Positions 1 through 12,919 of a stretch of 47,832 nt of DNA are shown here, piece by piece (positions within the stretch are counted from its first letter, which is position 1; each line of letters starts with the position of its first letter). The stretch is taken from positions 1-47,832 of the forward strand of contig NKIB01014085.1 of NCBI GenBank assembly GCA_002256025.1, given 5' to 3'. The DNA comes from Asterionella formosa. Lineage: Eukaryota. The position numbers were made by a program, and so were the translations under genes. The notes beneath the pieces are model-generated. The model had not been told where the DNA came from and searched no databases. It worked only from the letters and a program-made list of their open reading frames with translations.

Positions 1-1037
1 TTAGACATGTTACAATGACACAAAATCACGCCATTTCATCGTATCCTCTTGCTTGTTTCACGTATCACAAATCAAAGCAACTGATGCATAAGTATGTTAT
101 AGTAAATTGTCAGTAAATTCTTGAATAAGTAAGTTTCAGGTTTCCAATGCTGTAGAATAAAAATTACCGACTCATTTTCGTTAGCTTAACTGTGAGAGAA
201 GGTAAATGTGGCGTATCCATCAGAAGTGAATAGGTCTAACGACAAGAGCACTTGCTGACCAATTTTTTTTGTTTCACATCGGTGCTCCCTTTAACCGAAA
301 CAAGCTGTGGAATCAACTGAGAAAAAAATGAGGGTTTAGTTTACAATTTGTTGTTGTCCTGCCACCCAACGATTGTCATCCAAGTACCACATTGATGGCT
401 TCATTACCCTAATCATACTCCAGCCATCCTTCGAAGGCGCAATGTGTCAAAGCCACAATGTTTTTCGTTATTGCATAAAATTTCCTTTCCTCTTGTCATG
501 TGCTTAACTACGATTTTTCTTTTCATGAATCAGGCATTGTTTGTTAACATGACAGAAAAATTTCAAATATATTTGCCATGTATGTAGCTAGTTATCAAAT
601 TTGTAAATATATAAATATTTCAAGCGTCTTACATTAATAAAATTCAAAAGCACTCTCAATATGGCATGTCTGGTAGCTAGTATTGTTGAGATTGATCATA
701 TTTGCATATAGATAATTCGAAAATATTCAATGCACGATATGTCCATTGTTTTCCACGACTTCGTGTACCGGTACTGTTTCTGAAATTTGTCTGCATCAAT
801 ATTTTCTATGTCCGTTGGAACTAATAATTTACCGGCAGATCATTCAATTGGTGTAAGTGATAACCCATTTGTAACATTATTTATATGCAAGCATTTTGGT
901 AGCCAATTAATCAAGCCCCTTTTTGGGCGGGAGTTCTTCATCATGTCTCCCGGTACATCATATGACAATATCATTTTATCATAGATATACAGAGTACCAT
1001 TACTAGCAGGTAGGAAGTGATATATTGGGGCTATTCA

Positions 1038-1448
1038 GAGTAGTAAGCGAGCAACAGAACACCATATGTTCAGGACTGTTGCTACTGCAGTGGGACAGTA
1101 AATCATCATAGTTTCAGGATTGTATGATCATAAAATTGAAAAAGAATAGTCGGAGTAGTAAGCAAGCAACAGAACACCATATGTTCAGGACTGCTGCTAC
1201 TGCAGCGGGACATTAAATCATTATAGTTTCAGGATTGTATGATCGTAAAATTGAAAAAGCATAGTCGGAGTAGTAAGTGAGCAACAGAACACCATATGTT
1301 CAGGACTGTTGCTACTGCAGTGGGACAGTAAATCATCATAGTTTTAGGATTGTATGATCGTGAAACTGAAAAGCTGTAGTCGGAGTAAAAAGCAAGCAAT
1401 AGAACACCACATGTCTATGAGTACTACTACTGCAGCGGGACAGTAAAT
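1038..1448 (+). repeat. Tandem array, 115-bp unit, ~3.6 copies
   Basis: Unit GAGTAGTAAGCRAGCAACAGAACACCATATGTTCAGGACTG...GTCG restarts at 1038, 1153, 1268 and 1383. The last copy is truncated and more diverged. The array lies just upstream of the ATG at 1506. Confidence 0.93.
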
Positions 1449-1505
1449 AAATTTAAGATCATCGAACTTTAAGGAAGACAACGACAACAATTATCAAGTA
1501 GTACA

Positions 1506-3061
1506 ATGTCTTTAAGAAACCATAAAGAGGTTCATGGAAACAAGCGACATGCGGCGAATACTGCCGGTATGGAACAAAGAGGCAAGTACCATAATGAGAT
1601 AACAAAGAAAAAGCGAATAGGCGATTATCCAAAGGAACCCAATCGGCGACAGGGAATTAGTGGGGGTAATACCCCATCGTTGATGGGGACACCATCAGCT
1701 ACTAGTACAAAGGATCCCGTAATTGATACTGAAAGCAATGATAACATTTCTTCTTCAGTTGTTGCTACAAGAAAAATGGCTCCTGTTGATGATGACATTA
1801 ATAACTCCCGGATGCAGATGGACGACATGGTACCATATCATAAATTTTCTAATCGCACGGACCAACAAGTACATGACAACCTGAGGGAAAAACATTTTGC
1901 ACTTGCCAAAGGATATTATCAATTGGTCAATGAACTCAATCACTACAAAGGTCGTAATTTGGTTCAAAACTCGTCCATACAAGGTTATCAAGACTCTTCA
2001 ATTTCAGCAGCCTTATCAGAACGTCGTTCTCGCTTAGCTAAAATTGAACCATCAATTGTCACAAAGGTTGTGAGTTCTATTTTCAAGACCAAGAAGTTTT
2101 GCTGTGAACATGTAAGTTTGATGTTATAGTTTGTGAATTGCAGGTACTGTAAAACAGAATATCAATCAAATGTGATTTTTTCTGTTCCAAAAAGAGAATC
2201 AAACATCCTGCCCTATCTGGTCCAAGTAGTATGAAAGGCATTTCCAATCACAAACAGGATTGGTTTGCCGAATGTTGCCTAACTTGGCTGTACACAGTGA
2301 AACCGGAGTTAGGCAAAGAAGTGGAGAGTGACCCAGAGCTTGCCGATTTCATATGGAATGGTTCTGATGCACTACTTCCAATGAATCAGACCATTGAACG
2401 TACCAACAAGGCACATTTAGATTACATCAAATCAACATTTGGTGGCATGTGCATTAAAAAGTTGAGAGAATGTCAGAATGTATTGAATAATCAATTTAAG
2501 GAATCTTACGATCTTGCAGGGCGGGAGATGCTCTGAAAGCATGATGTTTTGAGTCGGTGATCATATTCTTATCCAATACGTTTCAATTTAACAATACTAA
2601 CATAATTCATAACACACCAGCTGGTCTAACAGAATATAACTTTCAGACTATGGATATTGATGACTTTATTAGGTAGGCGTTCACGCTTTATCGTTTTGCG
2701 CAATCAAAGGACATTGTCAGGGGAAGTCATGGATACCAAGTCTGGCGTAATGTTCTTTCTCCAGTGTATTTTATAGGCAGGACAAGCCGTGGAGAACCAT
2801 TTTTATCAGGAGACAAATCTGGTGTGACCATTTCTTAACTCAAGTCCTCGGGCACAGTGGGAATTGCAATCACGTTTTGTTGGTTCGCCGATCAATGCCA
2901 GTACAGAAGCATTTTGCTACTTGGTGGTGAAAGGAAAATCCCGATTGCGACAAAAATATTTGTGTTTCAATCCAGATACGCAGGAAATTTCAGAGACTGA
3001 TATTCTTCATTCTACTGATTTTGTCGACATTGTCGGGAAACCACTTATCAAAAAAGTGTGA
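1506..3061 (+). pseudogene. Intron-containing ORF of unknown function (probable transposon accessory gene), disrupted in its 3' half
   Basis: Exon 1506-2111 (202 codons), then a GTAAGT...AAAG intron at 2112-2194 joins in frame (..CCEH|RIKHP..) to the ORF running through 2231-2519. Later segments (2621-3061) contain stops and frameshifts. No recognisable domain. Confidence 0.55.
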
Positions 3062-3668
3062 GGGAAGAAAGTTCAGTTTCAAATGCTCTCACTGATCAAT
3101 GGACTGATGATTTACTCGTTTATTATAGTAAGGAAATCTACTGCACTGGTCTTTCACAAAAAAATTGATCTGAATATGGAAGGAATCCTAGTGGAATTGC
3201 TACTTCCACCACAAATATCATCTACCCAGACACACTCATACTTCTCATTTCCCAACGTAAGTGAAGAGGATGTGCATCAATATGTTAAACCACTTCAACC
3301 AAATGTTCCTGAGAAGAATATTGAATACAATGACCGCATTAATCAATGGGACATTGATGACGACGTTGATTGTGAATGGATCTAATAGAATCCAATGTAT
3401 ACTTAATAGTTGCATAATAAATATAGTTAGTGTCAGACTTCTACAATGCAAATCAAATCATAGATGTTAGGAAAACTTTGACGCTGCTCTATACTACTAG
3501 TATTGCCGCCTGTACTATATGTAGCGGTATATCTCCATTTTTACTAGTACTATGGTGGAGTGATTATTTCACGACTCTGTATTATCCAGCACAGCATGTT
3601 CGGAGTGATGCCAAATTTATTATTATTAATTCATTTTCATTCTATCCTTTCCATATCCTGACTTGGTA

Positions 3669-6600
3669 ATGAATCATTTGAAATCTGCAATGTCTTTGCG
3701 GACATTGCAATGGTGTTATATGTGTAGCTACAAATTTCGGAAGAACAAATGTCCATCTGAGTCTCACAATCGAAATTGTAGCAACCGTGTTTTTTATGGA
3801 TATGGTCACTGCCGACATTGCATGCAAGAACATCGAGTTCCTGGAATACATAATGAAACTATGTATTGCGGTAGTGCATCGAATCATTCAAGGAAAGGAG
3901 TTAATGATACTAGTGTAAGAAATGCTGCAGCATTTAGGTAGATTAGACAACATGAAGAGATTATGTGTCCTACCCTTGAAACAAGTGGCCATAATCATCC
4001 ATGTCATGACGACAGCGATGATTCAGTTTATAACAATATTCAGTCACAACAAGACGAACAACTGAGACTAAAAACTCTCCAAGGATTGAATTCAGAGACC
4101 ATGCAATATTCAGATTTTCAAGATCACACTGGCTTTCTCCCTGAAAATGCAATGGAAATGCCCCTTCCTCCTCAATTTCAATTTCCAAGTAAACTTTCTC
4201 TAAACATGCATACAATCGAATTAGAACTCATGTTATTCCTTAACAAGAATTACCTACCTTCCACCAGTTTACTTTGATCATCTAATGAAATGGCTGTTCA
4301 AATCAAAAGCAATGAAATATTTTGGTGGAAGGAAGGTATCAAGCTCCTTCCTACCAGACTTTGAAAAACGCATGGCTATTTCATTTCCAACAACATTAGC
4401 TGGTAGTCAACTGTTGACCAAACAAATACAGATTTATGACAATTCAAGCATGATCATCCCACACACACTCCAATCCATTATTTCGAACCAGTACAGCTCA
4501 TGGCAGGATTGTTACCTGGCCTGATATCATGCAACATTTTTTATGTCACCCACAAGTGAAACTTAAAACTTCTGGAGAACGCATATATGACGAAGTAACT
4601 TCCGCAACTTGGTTTGAAAATGCATTCAACAATTCTCCTGCATCAGAAAATGGATTGCTGAATCCAAGACAGGGTGTTTATTTGTTGCCCTAGCAGTTTT
4701 CAGTGATGGTTCACCTATTAATAAACAAATGAAACATTCCAAGCATCAGCTTTTGTTGACAATGTTAAACTTAACGTTAGAAGGAATGAAAAAAGTTAAT
4801 GGATGGCAATTGGTATCTCTTTGCTTGCCAGACATTGAAGTCAGTGATCCGGAAAAACAAATGAATAATAAGTTATCTGGTGACGACTTGTCCTTATGTC
4901 GACTCAAATTATACCATTCTGTTACAGGATTTCTATTGTCGCCTTTCGAAGAAGAGCAATCCAAACAAGTCATACAATATTTTTTGCGGTGCGTTTCAGG
5001 GGTGGTAATGGATTATATCGACGATATGTTTGTCTTGATTGCCTGGTTTCAACTGAAGATGCTGATAATCCCGATATTGGATGTGAACGTTGTAAAGTGT
5101 CAGATGTTAGAAAGTTTTTAAACAAATTTCTTGACAAAAATGCATATACCGATGGAAAATTACCCTGTATCCCACCTGAGTATTGTGTCTCCCAATCTAA
5201 TGGCAAATACGCAATAGCAAACGAGTGATGCTGTGGTGTTATATCGCATGATCCTATCATGCCTGTACTTATAAATCAATGTTTTGGTGGTGACTTATAA
5301 GGATTATTTGGTGCAACTCCATTTGAGGTTCTTCATCAATTACTACTTGGAATATTTAAGTACCACATTTTGGAATCATTCTACAATTATCAGACTATCC
5401 CCCTGAAGAATGCACATGTTTTTTAAATGAAAGAAAATCTCCAGATATTCCAGAGAACGTCTTTGATCAGAAACGTATCACTGAAACAACAGACTCAGCT
5501 TTTCTTGATCAAGAGCAACCGAAGAAACTGGCAAAAGACCAAAAAGGACACACGCACCAGTTACCAAAAATATCGACTCTACACTGGCAAAAATCAAGAC
5601 CCAACACTTGTGCCAGCACCAGAAATGTATTTTCGAAACTATACTTCGAAAAAATTGGCTGCTAGATATATCAATAGTCATTTGGATAGGCAAAGCGATC
5701 GTGATATTCCAAAATTTTCATATAGATCTGGGATGACAGCTTTGTCGAAAATGTCAGGGCAAGAAATTCCCGGATTATGTCTGTTAACTATTTTTCCATG
5801 GGTGGAATGATGGGTTCAGAGAACATGCACCGAGAAAAGGATTTCACATTGCTGTTATGGTTTTGCATATCTATCAATGACACTTTATTCATACAGCAGT
5901 ATACATCAGCATGTAATGATATTTTACAGGAAAGGGGTCAAGAGATTTATGTCAGTTACTAAGATTATGATTGGTCCCCAACGGGAAATGCTATCTGAAA
6001 TTGGCTTACGAATGGCGAAATTTCATGGAATTAAACATTACCCTCACCTGATTAGGAAGTTCGGATCTCCTCTTAATTTCTTTGGTGGATATTTGGAGTC
6101 TTTTTTGAAAGACAAATTGAAACGACCCAGTAAGCGTGTCAATGGACAATTACATCGATTAAAGCATGACATTTTAACGAGGTCATCTGAAACGAGGCAG
6201 TTTTCCTTGGCACGAAAAATTGTTTTTGTAAGTGATACATTACATACAGAAAACAAACAAAAGAAGATGAGTAAAGTAATACATATGAATGTAACTGAGG
6301 GTATTTCAACAGAAATTGATTTCGAAGGAATGATTCCGGATACAAGGATGTTACCTAGTGCGTCGCCTGATAATTTGGGAATATCGCGTACCAAGATCCA
6401 TTCACCATGCATCCCTTCCTTTTAAAGTTCAATTCTCTGCTTCATCATCAAATGGTCTATGGACTATAGCAGGTATCCCTAATAAGATTGGGCAGCCATC
6501 ATATCACGGAGTAAGGATGCACCCTTGTCTCAATTGGTTCAGCCATCCTGATGATTAACCGAAGGGGGCCAACTACGTAAAGAGCATTGCGAATTTAGCA

Positions 6601-7170
6601 AGAAGGAAAATTCTTATAGATGGGGTTGGGCCTGTTTCCAATGTAAGGATTGACTTTTATTATCATGTTAAAATTGAAAGTAATGTTCCCGGCCAAACTA
6701 CTAGTTTCAAAGGCCATCCGAAATGGAATAATGATTCAAATGCATGAATCTCTGGTCGTGAATGGTTTGAATGGGTCGAAGTGAACTGGGAGAAAGGAGA
6801 TGGATCAAGCTCCTACACAGTTCCGGCAAAACTACCTCTTTGGGGAAATGTTATTTTCTACAACACAACCACCATTCTCTTAGCGTGTAATTGTTCCTTG
6901 AAAAGTTCAATTGAAATGAAAATTCATAAATATATGTATTTTACAAGAGGAGACTCCTTGTGCAATGATACAACTGAATTGAGCGTTGTTGAATTTCAAA
7001 ACATACTTTCGGCAGCATTTGTTGTTCCTGCTTTGAAACCACAGGAATCAAGGAAACCTCTGAAACCGCAAGAAGTTTTGGAACAGATACGGAAAGATAA
7101 TTCTTATGTTGCCACGATGCCTCCACGGCATGATTATGGAAAGCAATCGGGTGGGACCAAAACAAACTAA
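3669..7170 (+). mobile_element. Degenerate Plavaka-like DNA transposase gene
   Basis: Ordered motifs across shifted frames: N-terminal CxxC clusters (3700-3830); ERIYDEVTSATWF (~4576); FVALAVFSDGS..HQLLLTMLNL (4681); VCLDCLVSTEDADNP; FGGDL*GLFGATPFEVLHQLLLGIFKY (~5283, in-frame TAA); DRQSDRDIPK..SGMTALSKMSGQE; KFHGIKHYPHLIRKFGSPLNFFGGYLES; FKGHP..GREWFEWVEVNW. These match my recollection of the Plavaka transposase family (PF18759-like). Confidence 0.75.
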
Positions 7171-7390
7171 CGAGCGAACGTTGATAAATACACAAGAATA
7201 ATATAAATAATAGTGATGATATAGTTTCAAATACTAGTTAAGTTATTAGAAGGTTTTCACAAAATAAAATGTCCTAAGGAATGATGAGATTGGATGATCC
7301 AAATGGTCCATTATTTGTTCTTTTTCACTCCCATAGAAACTAAGATGGTACTTCTCGTTTCGTCCGAAATTTTTTTTCTCCACTTTTCAA

Positions 7391-8683
7391 CTGTAGTTCG
7401 ATATGAGTCTGTAAGCTTTTTCAATTTGATTCCAGAAGGTGTATCATCAGTTACAAAATATTTTTCAACTTTTTGTCAATTTTGATGCATCCAGAAATTT
7501 GGCCAAGAGGTGCATGATTATACCATTTGAAGGGAGCAACTTTTTCATTCATTTGTTAAATCATGGATTTCACGTAGACAACATCATCCCTCTTGAAAGA
7601 TGAATTGCAAGGAAGTCGTCCAAATACTTCGTTCAACATTTTTAATGCTAAATAGGATCTCAAAATTTTGTCGATACAAAATTGAAGATTTTGTCGATAC
7701 AAAATTGAAGAATAGTTATTTCCAACTGAAACATATCCTCAAGAATGTTTGTCGTTGTCACTTGAGGCCAAACTGTTCCAAGATGAAAATATGTTGACTT
7801 GGTCGGTGGGTCAGATGAAACAGATAGCAAATCGTCTGTTCGATCTGTTGCTACCACCTGACGTTTTAAAGCTCTCCAGGACTCCGTCTCCAAACGGAAT
7901 TGTGCCCGGTTGCCAGGCAATTTGGTTTTGCCATTCCTTTCTAGTTGCAATAGAGTTTCCAATACTTTCACAATTGTAAATGGTCCATAGCATGACCATC
8001 CACTATCATCTTCTGGTTGAAATAACATGGAATCATGTTCAATGGCCATAAAGATCTGCAATGGTGCTTTGGTGCCAGTATAGAAAGATTCCGATAAACC
8101 AATTTTTTCAGGTGTATGGGATTCTTGTGGAAGATATCTTGTGTCGGTGCATAACAATTCCAATTTTTTGGAACTGCAGTTCGATATGAGTCTGTAAACT
8201 TTTTCAATTTGATTCCAGAAGGGCTATCATCAGTTATATAATATTTTTTCAACTTTTTGTCCATTTTGATGCATCAAGAAATTTGGCCAAGAGGTGCATG
8301 ATTATACCATTTGAAGGGAGCAACTTTTTCATTCATTTGTTGGATCATGGATTTCACCTTGACAACATCATCCTTCTTGAAAGATGAATTGCAAGGAAGT
8401 CGTCCAAATACTTCGTTCAACATTTTAAAATCTAAATAGGAGTTCAAATTTTTGTCGATACAAAAGTGAAGAACAGTTAATTCCACGTTCACAATTGAAA
8501 ATGGTCCACATTACCATCCACTATCATCTTCTGGTTGAAATTACATGGAATCATGTTCAGTGGCCATTATGATCTGCTATGGTGCTTTGGTGCCAGTATA
8601 GAAAGATTTCGATAAACCAACTTCTTCAGGTGTATGGGATTCTTGTCGAAGATATCCTGTATTGGTGCATAACAATTCCAATT
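7391..8683. repeat. Internal segmental duplication A-X-B-A'-B'
   Basis: 7391-~7725 matches 8174-~8485 (offset 783). ~7970-8165 matches ~8490-8683. A 23-bp micro-duplication (ATTTTGTCGATACAAAATTGAAG x2) sits at 7665-7710. Confidence 0.88.
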
Positions 8684-10036
8684 GTTTCGTGCATCCAGGG
8701 ATGATGCAGTACCGTACTTACGGGCAAGGTGAAAGACTTGATCATAATGTTCGTTCATCCACGCTTGCATCTTTTCATGGATCACGGACTTGACATAATC
8801 CATCATTTATAGCAAAAAGATAATGCACAAAATGGTTGTTTTCCTCCTCATCTGATCTTTTGCAATAAACAATTAGCACATATTTACTGTCATGATGAAG
8901 CGGATGGAAATCACCTAGTTATATATATGGTTTGTTATTACCCTTTTCTGGGTTCTCATCCAGATCAAATATAACCTTTACATCAGTCGGATGAAGTTCA
9001 TGAATTATAAAATGGATCATAGAGCAAGGTAATTGTTTCAAGGTCCCAATATGCAAGAACTTTAAAATCTGAAGATGATTTTTTGATACCACCTTTGACT
9101 CCATTAAATACAGAGGCGTAATTGCATATTTCTTGTGGGGTGCGTGTTTACAAATCTTTCCACAATATTAGTTGTCCATGCGTTTTCGGCAAACTCAAGG
9201 AAAATGCAGGTTGCTTTGGCATAATAATTCTACACATTTCACATGCTGACTCTTCACAAAAGTAGGCTAGCTGCCTTCGGGATTGTTCTCGATGATTTTA
9301 CAAAGAAATCCTAATCATTTTCTTCCATGTATGATTTTGAAAAAGATTCAATTTTTTCTTCAAACTTCGTTCCCGATTTGTGCATCAACTGCCTTAGCCA
9401 GCATCACATCTTTGTCTGCATTGAACTTATTGAATTCGAGGTCTTGATCTAGCTCAGACTTTTTCTTGAATATCTTTTCTTTTAGAAATGCAATAGTTTC
9501 TCTGCTTTCATGATGATCATCTTGATGTTCTGGACAAATAGTGAAACATATTTCTTGGTTTTGCATCTTTTCAACCATTTCTACTTCAGAAGTGATGTCT
9601 CCCACATTTCTGCCGGTATTTTCATTCATCGCATGAATTTGTTCATCAAATGAATGAGAATCACTGAGTTCTTCTTCATTATCAGCGATTTCAGGAGAAT
9701 GAGGAGCGAATACGACACTGGATGGAACTGTGACTCTGTAGGAATAGAGTCTTCATCCACGAAGAACAACTGTTTGGGTTTCCTCTTCGAAAGCAATCTT
9801 TCCTTCTTTTCAATCTCTGCCACAATTGTATCGGCATACTTCATTATTTTTTCTGGAGTATTATGAATCTGTTCAAGAAAATCTGATCTTTGCGTGCATT
9901 CAAAGTAATCTTCGATTAATTTCAAAAGTTTCTTCATCTTCTTTTCCGAAAACTTAAAGTCGTGCAGTGTAAACAATGGAAGTAAGTCACGTTTCTTGTT
10001 TGATTGATCCTTTGCATGAAATCCATGAAATGCCAT
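7391..10036 (-). pseudogene. Fragmented minus-strand ORF convergent with the transposase, unknown function
   Basis: Chain of short protein-like minus ORFs (9626-10036, 9360-9629, 8919-9104, 8567-8806, 8274-8492, 7968-8264) separated by stops and frameshifts, with the repeated peptide NWNCYAP.QDIF.KNPIHLKKLVYRNLSILAPKHH. Confidence 0.5.
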
Positions 10037-10585
10037 TTGGAAAGCAAGTTGTCAAAGGGCCAGAAGACTATGATGTAAAACGGTGGAAGAGAAACGCGTA
10101 GCTTTTTGCGTCGCTTGTGGAGGTGCAGCTGGTGTGATGGTAACTGAGTGTAGTAATTGTTGAACAGAGCACAGCAGTGTAATATGCATGTTCCGCCAGG
10201 GTAGTATTTACACAATAATACAGCTATAGCAGGGAAAAACGACACAACAATGAACGTGATGGCTGGTTGTTGAGGATACCGGTATGTGATATGCATCAAT
10301 CCATATCACAAATCATATTATAGTGATGTACATATCAACACATCCGTATACTTAGATCCTATCCACCGAATAATACTATCATATTCACTGTTGGCTTTTA
10401 CTGTATACATTAAAAGTCAAATTTATATATTAAGTAACATAATTATGATTTTTTTATTTTTTTATTTTCTGTGATGTATCGATAACACTTGCGTACATAT
10501 TTTATTGTATTTTGTTGTCATTGTATTATTTTAACATGATCATATTTTGATCAAAATTATATCATAATCATTTTAAGAAATCATC

Positions 10586-10652
10586 ATAGTTCTATGATCA
10601 ATGCATCATAGCTAGTATGTGATATAGTTCTATGATCAATGCATCATAGCTA
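10586..10652. repeat. Short tandem duplication (38-bp period) of a hairpin motif
   Basis: ATAGTTCTATGATCAATGCATCATAGCTA at 10586 and 10624. Each copy contains the inverted pair CTATGAT-n6-ATCATAG. Confidence 0.85.
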
Positions 10653-11020
10653 TGTGATATACTTTATTCAATATTACGTATCAGACTTTAGTGATGTATG
10701 CATCGATGTAAACCTATCGTGATATCACATTATCATCTTATCAATCATGATGAGATGATTGGGAACTGTAGTATTCTGCATAATACTACGGAGTATCATA
10801 TTATAACACGCACTTTAGTAGCTAAGTCACTCCTGTAATGTAGCTACACAAGTTGACAGTGCACAAACACACGCGCTAATCAGGTTGGAGGCAAGGGGCA
10901 GTGGTTCCAACGAGCGAATGACGATACCACGGGTACCAATTTTTCCAGTGGCAATCCGCAATGATGAAGGACACTTCTCCCTCTATTGTTGAGGATGACA
11001 CGGACACCGACTTTTCCAGG

Positions 11021-11303
11021 AGCAAACAACAATGAAGAGACCCACTTGTCGCTCTATTGATGGTAACAAAGATGCGGACATGTTCAACAGTGAATACAAG
11101 AACAACATACCAATAAAAACAAGTCGGCAGTGTTTGTACGCACAGCCACGCTAAACAGGTTTGAGGCAACGGACAGTTACAACAAGCAAATGACAAAGCG
11201 GATATCAATTATTTCCTACGAGCAAACAACAATGAAGAGAGCCACTTGCTTTTGCTCTCTTGATGGTATCAAAGATGCGGACAAGTTCAATAGTAAATAC
11301 AAG
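11021..11303. repeat. Two ~80-bp direct repeats, offset 200 bp
   Basis: AGCAAACAACAATGAAGAGA..CACTTG..GCTCT.TTGATGGTA.CAAAGATGCGGACA.GTTCAA at 11021 and 11221. Confidence 0.85.
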
Positions 11304-11410
11304 TACAGCATGACAAAAGCAGAAACAAGCGACATGAAAAAGAAATTGAAATCAGAATCATTCTATAACTATAGCTAAGTGGACAGTAGTCTGTTACATT
11401 TTCATACCTC

Positions 11411-12525
11411 CTTCTATGCTGAATCTCAATAGTAGATGTAGTATCATGTGAGAATTGAAAAAGTCAACAAGAACAAGTAGAATGTGTTTGTTTATGGGTT
11501 GATTGGCGAGATCGTAATGCTGGTGGTCGACGAAACGGATTAACAATGTGCACTGTGTGCGGAACCATTATGAGTTCGAATGATTTGTTCTCTGTAAACT
11601 CTTAATTGAATGATTATGAACAAAGGTTCACTGCACATGACAATTACTCAAAGATATAATGATCACTTGACCAACAATTGACGACGTCGTTATCGCAAAC
11701 AATCCTTCCACTTGTCATCGCTAGTATTTCGTTGTTGTTGCAAAAATCAGAGTGATGACGGATGGAAATGATGAGCCAAATTACATTACTTCAGCTGGTA
11801 CATTATCCTACCAAGAAATTCAAATACAGGAATCTAATAGAAACAATACATATAATAATTAAATATATGTAGTCAAAAGGGTTACTATTTAAATTACTAG
11901 GGCATTTATCAAAATTATTGGATGATATAACGAAAAAATTATGATCAGATGATCACAATCCTATGATGCATCATGGAAATATGATAGTTTTTATTTGCAG
12001 ACATGGTGTATCCAGGGATGATGCAGTATCCCAACAAGCAAATGGTGATACTTCTATGCTGAATCTCAATAGTAGATGTAGTATCATGTGAGAATTGAAA
12101 ATGTCAACAAGAACAAGTAGAATGTGTTTGTTTACGGGTTGATTGGCGAGATTGCAATGCTGGTGGTCGACGAAACGGATAAACGGATTAACAATGTGCA
12201 CTGTGTGCGGAACCATTACGAGTTCGAATGATTTGTTCTCTGTAAACTCTTAGTTGAATGATTATGAACAAAGATTCACTGCACATGACGATTACTCAAA
12301 GATATATTGATCACTTGACCAACAATTGAAGACGTTATCGCAAACAATCATTCCACATGATTGTCATTGCTAGTATTTTGTTGATGCTGCAAAAATCGGA
12401 GTGATGATGGATGGAAATGACGAGCTAAATTACATTACTTTCGCTGGAACATTATCCTACCAAGAAATTCAAATACAGGAATCTAAAAGGAACAATAAAT
12501 ATAATAATTAAAAATACATAGTCAT
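11411..12525. repeat. Direct duplication, 640-bp period
   Basis: CTTCTATGCTGAATCTCAATAGTAGATG... begins at 11411 and 12051 and aligns closely for ~470 bp. Confidence 0.92.
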
Positions 12526-12919
12526 AAGAAGCTACCAAATTTATGTCTTGTAAGATTTATCGCGCATGCATGCATATGTACATGACTCCTACTGGTATAT
12601 ACAATGAAGAAATGATGACCAACAGACTACCAATCCTATAGGTCCTGTAGAATTATCGCAACATGGCTGCTGCATATCTAATGAAAGGGCGGGAGGAGTC
12701 ATCCATGCACCTGTATAGTATGAAATGGTATGGAAATGATCAAATAAAGCTAGTCTACACAAGGAGCAGTGCATCATATATGCCCTGCTGTTGTTATTTT
12801 AATTCCTTTGAAATCTGTTGATCTGTTCTGCGCTTTTTCGCCACAATTGTTTTCATTGGCTGTTTCACTGGACAGCATTCGAGTTGATTGTGCTTTGAAC
12901 GAAGCAACTATCAAAGTCC

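Noticed and set aside
120..520. Possible Ulp1 protease remnant (GWLEYD*GNEAIN on minus strand)
   Set aside because: No convincing catalytic His/Asp/Cys motifs and multiple stops.
1038..1448. CRISPR-like array
   Set aside because: Whole 115-bp units are repeated with no unique spacers, there are no cas genes, and the context is eukaryotic.
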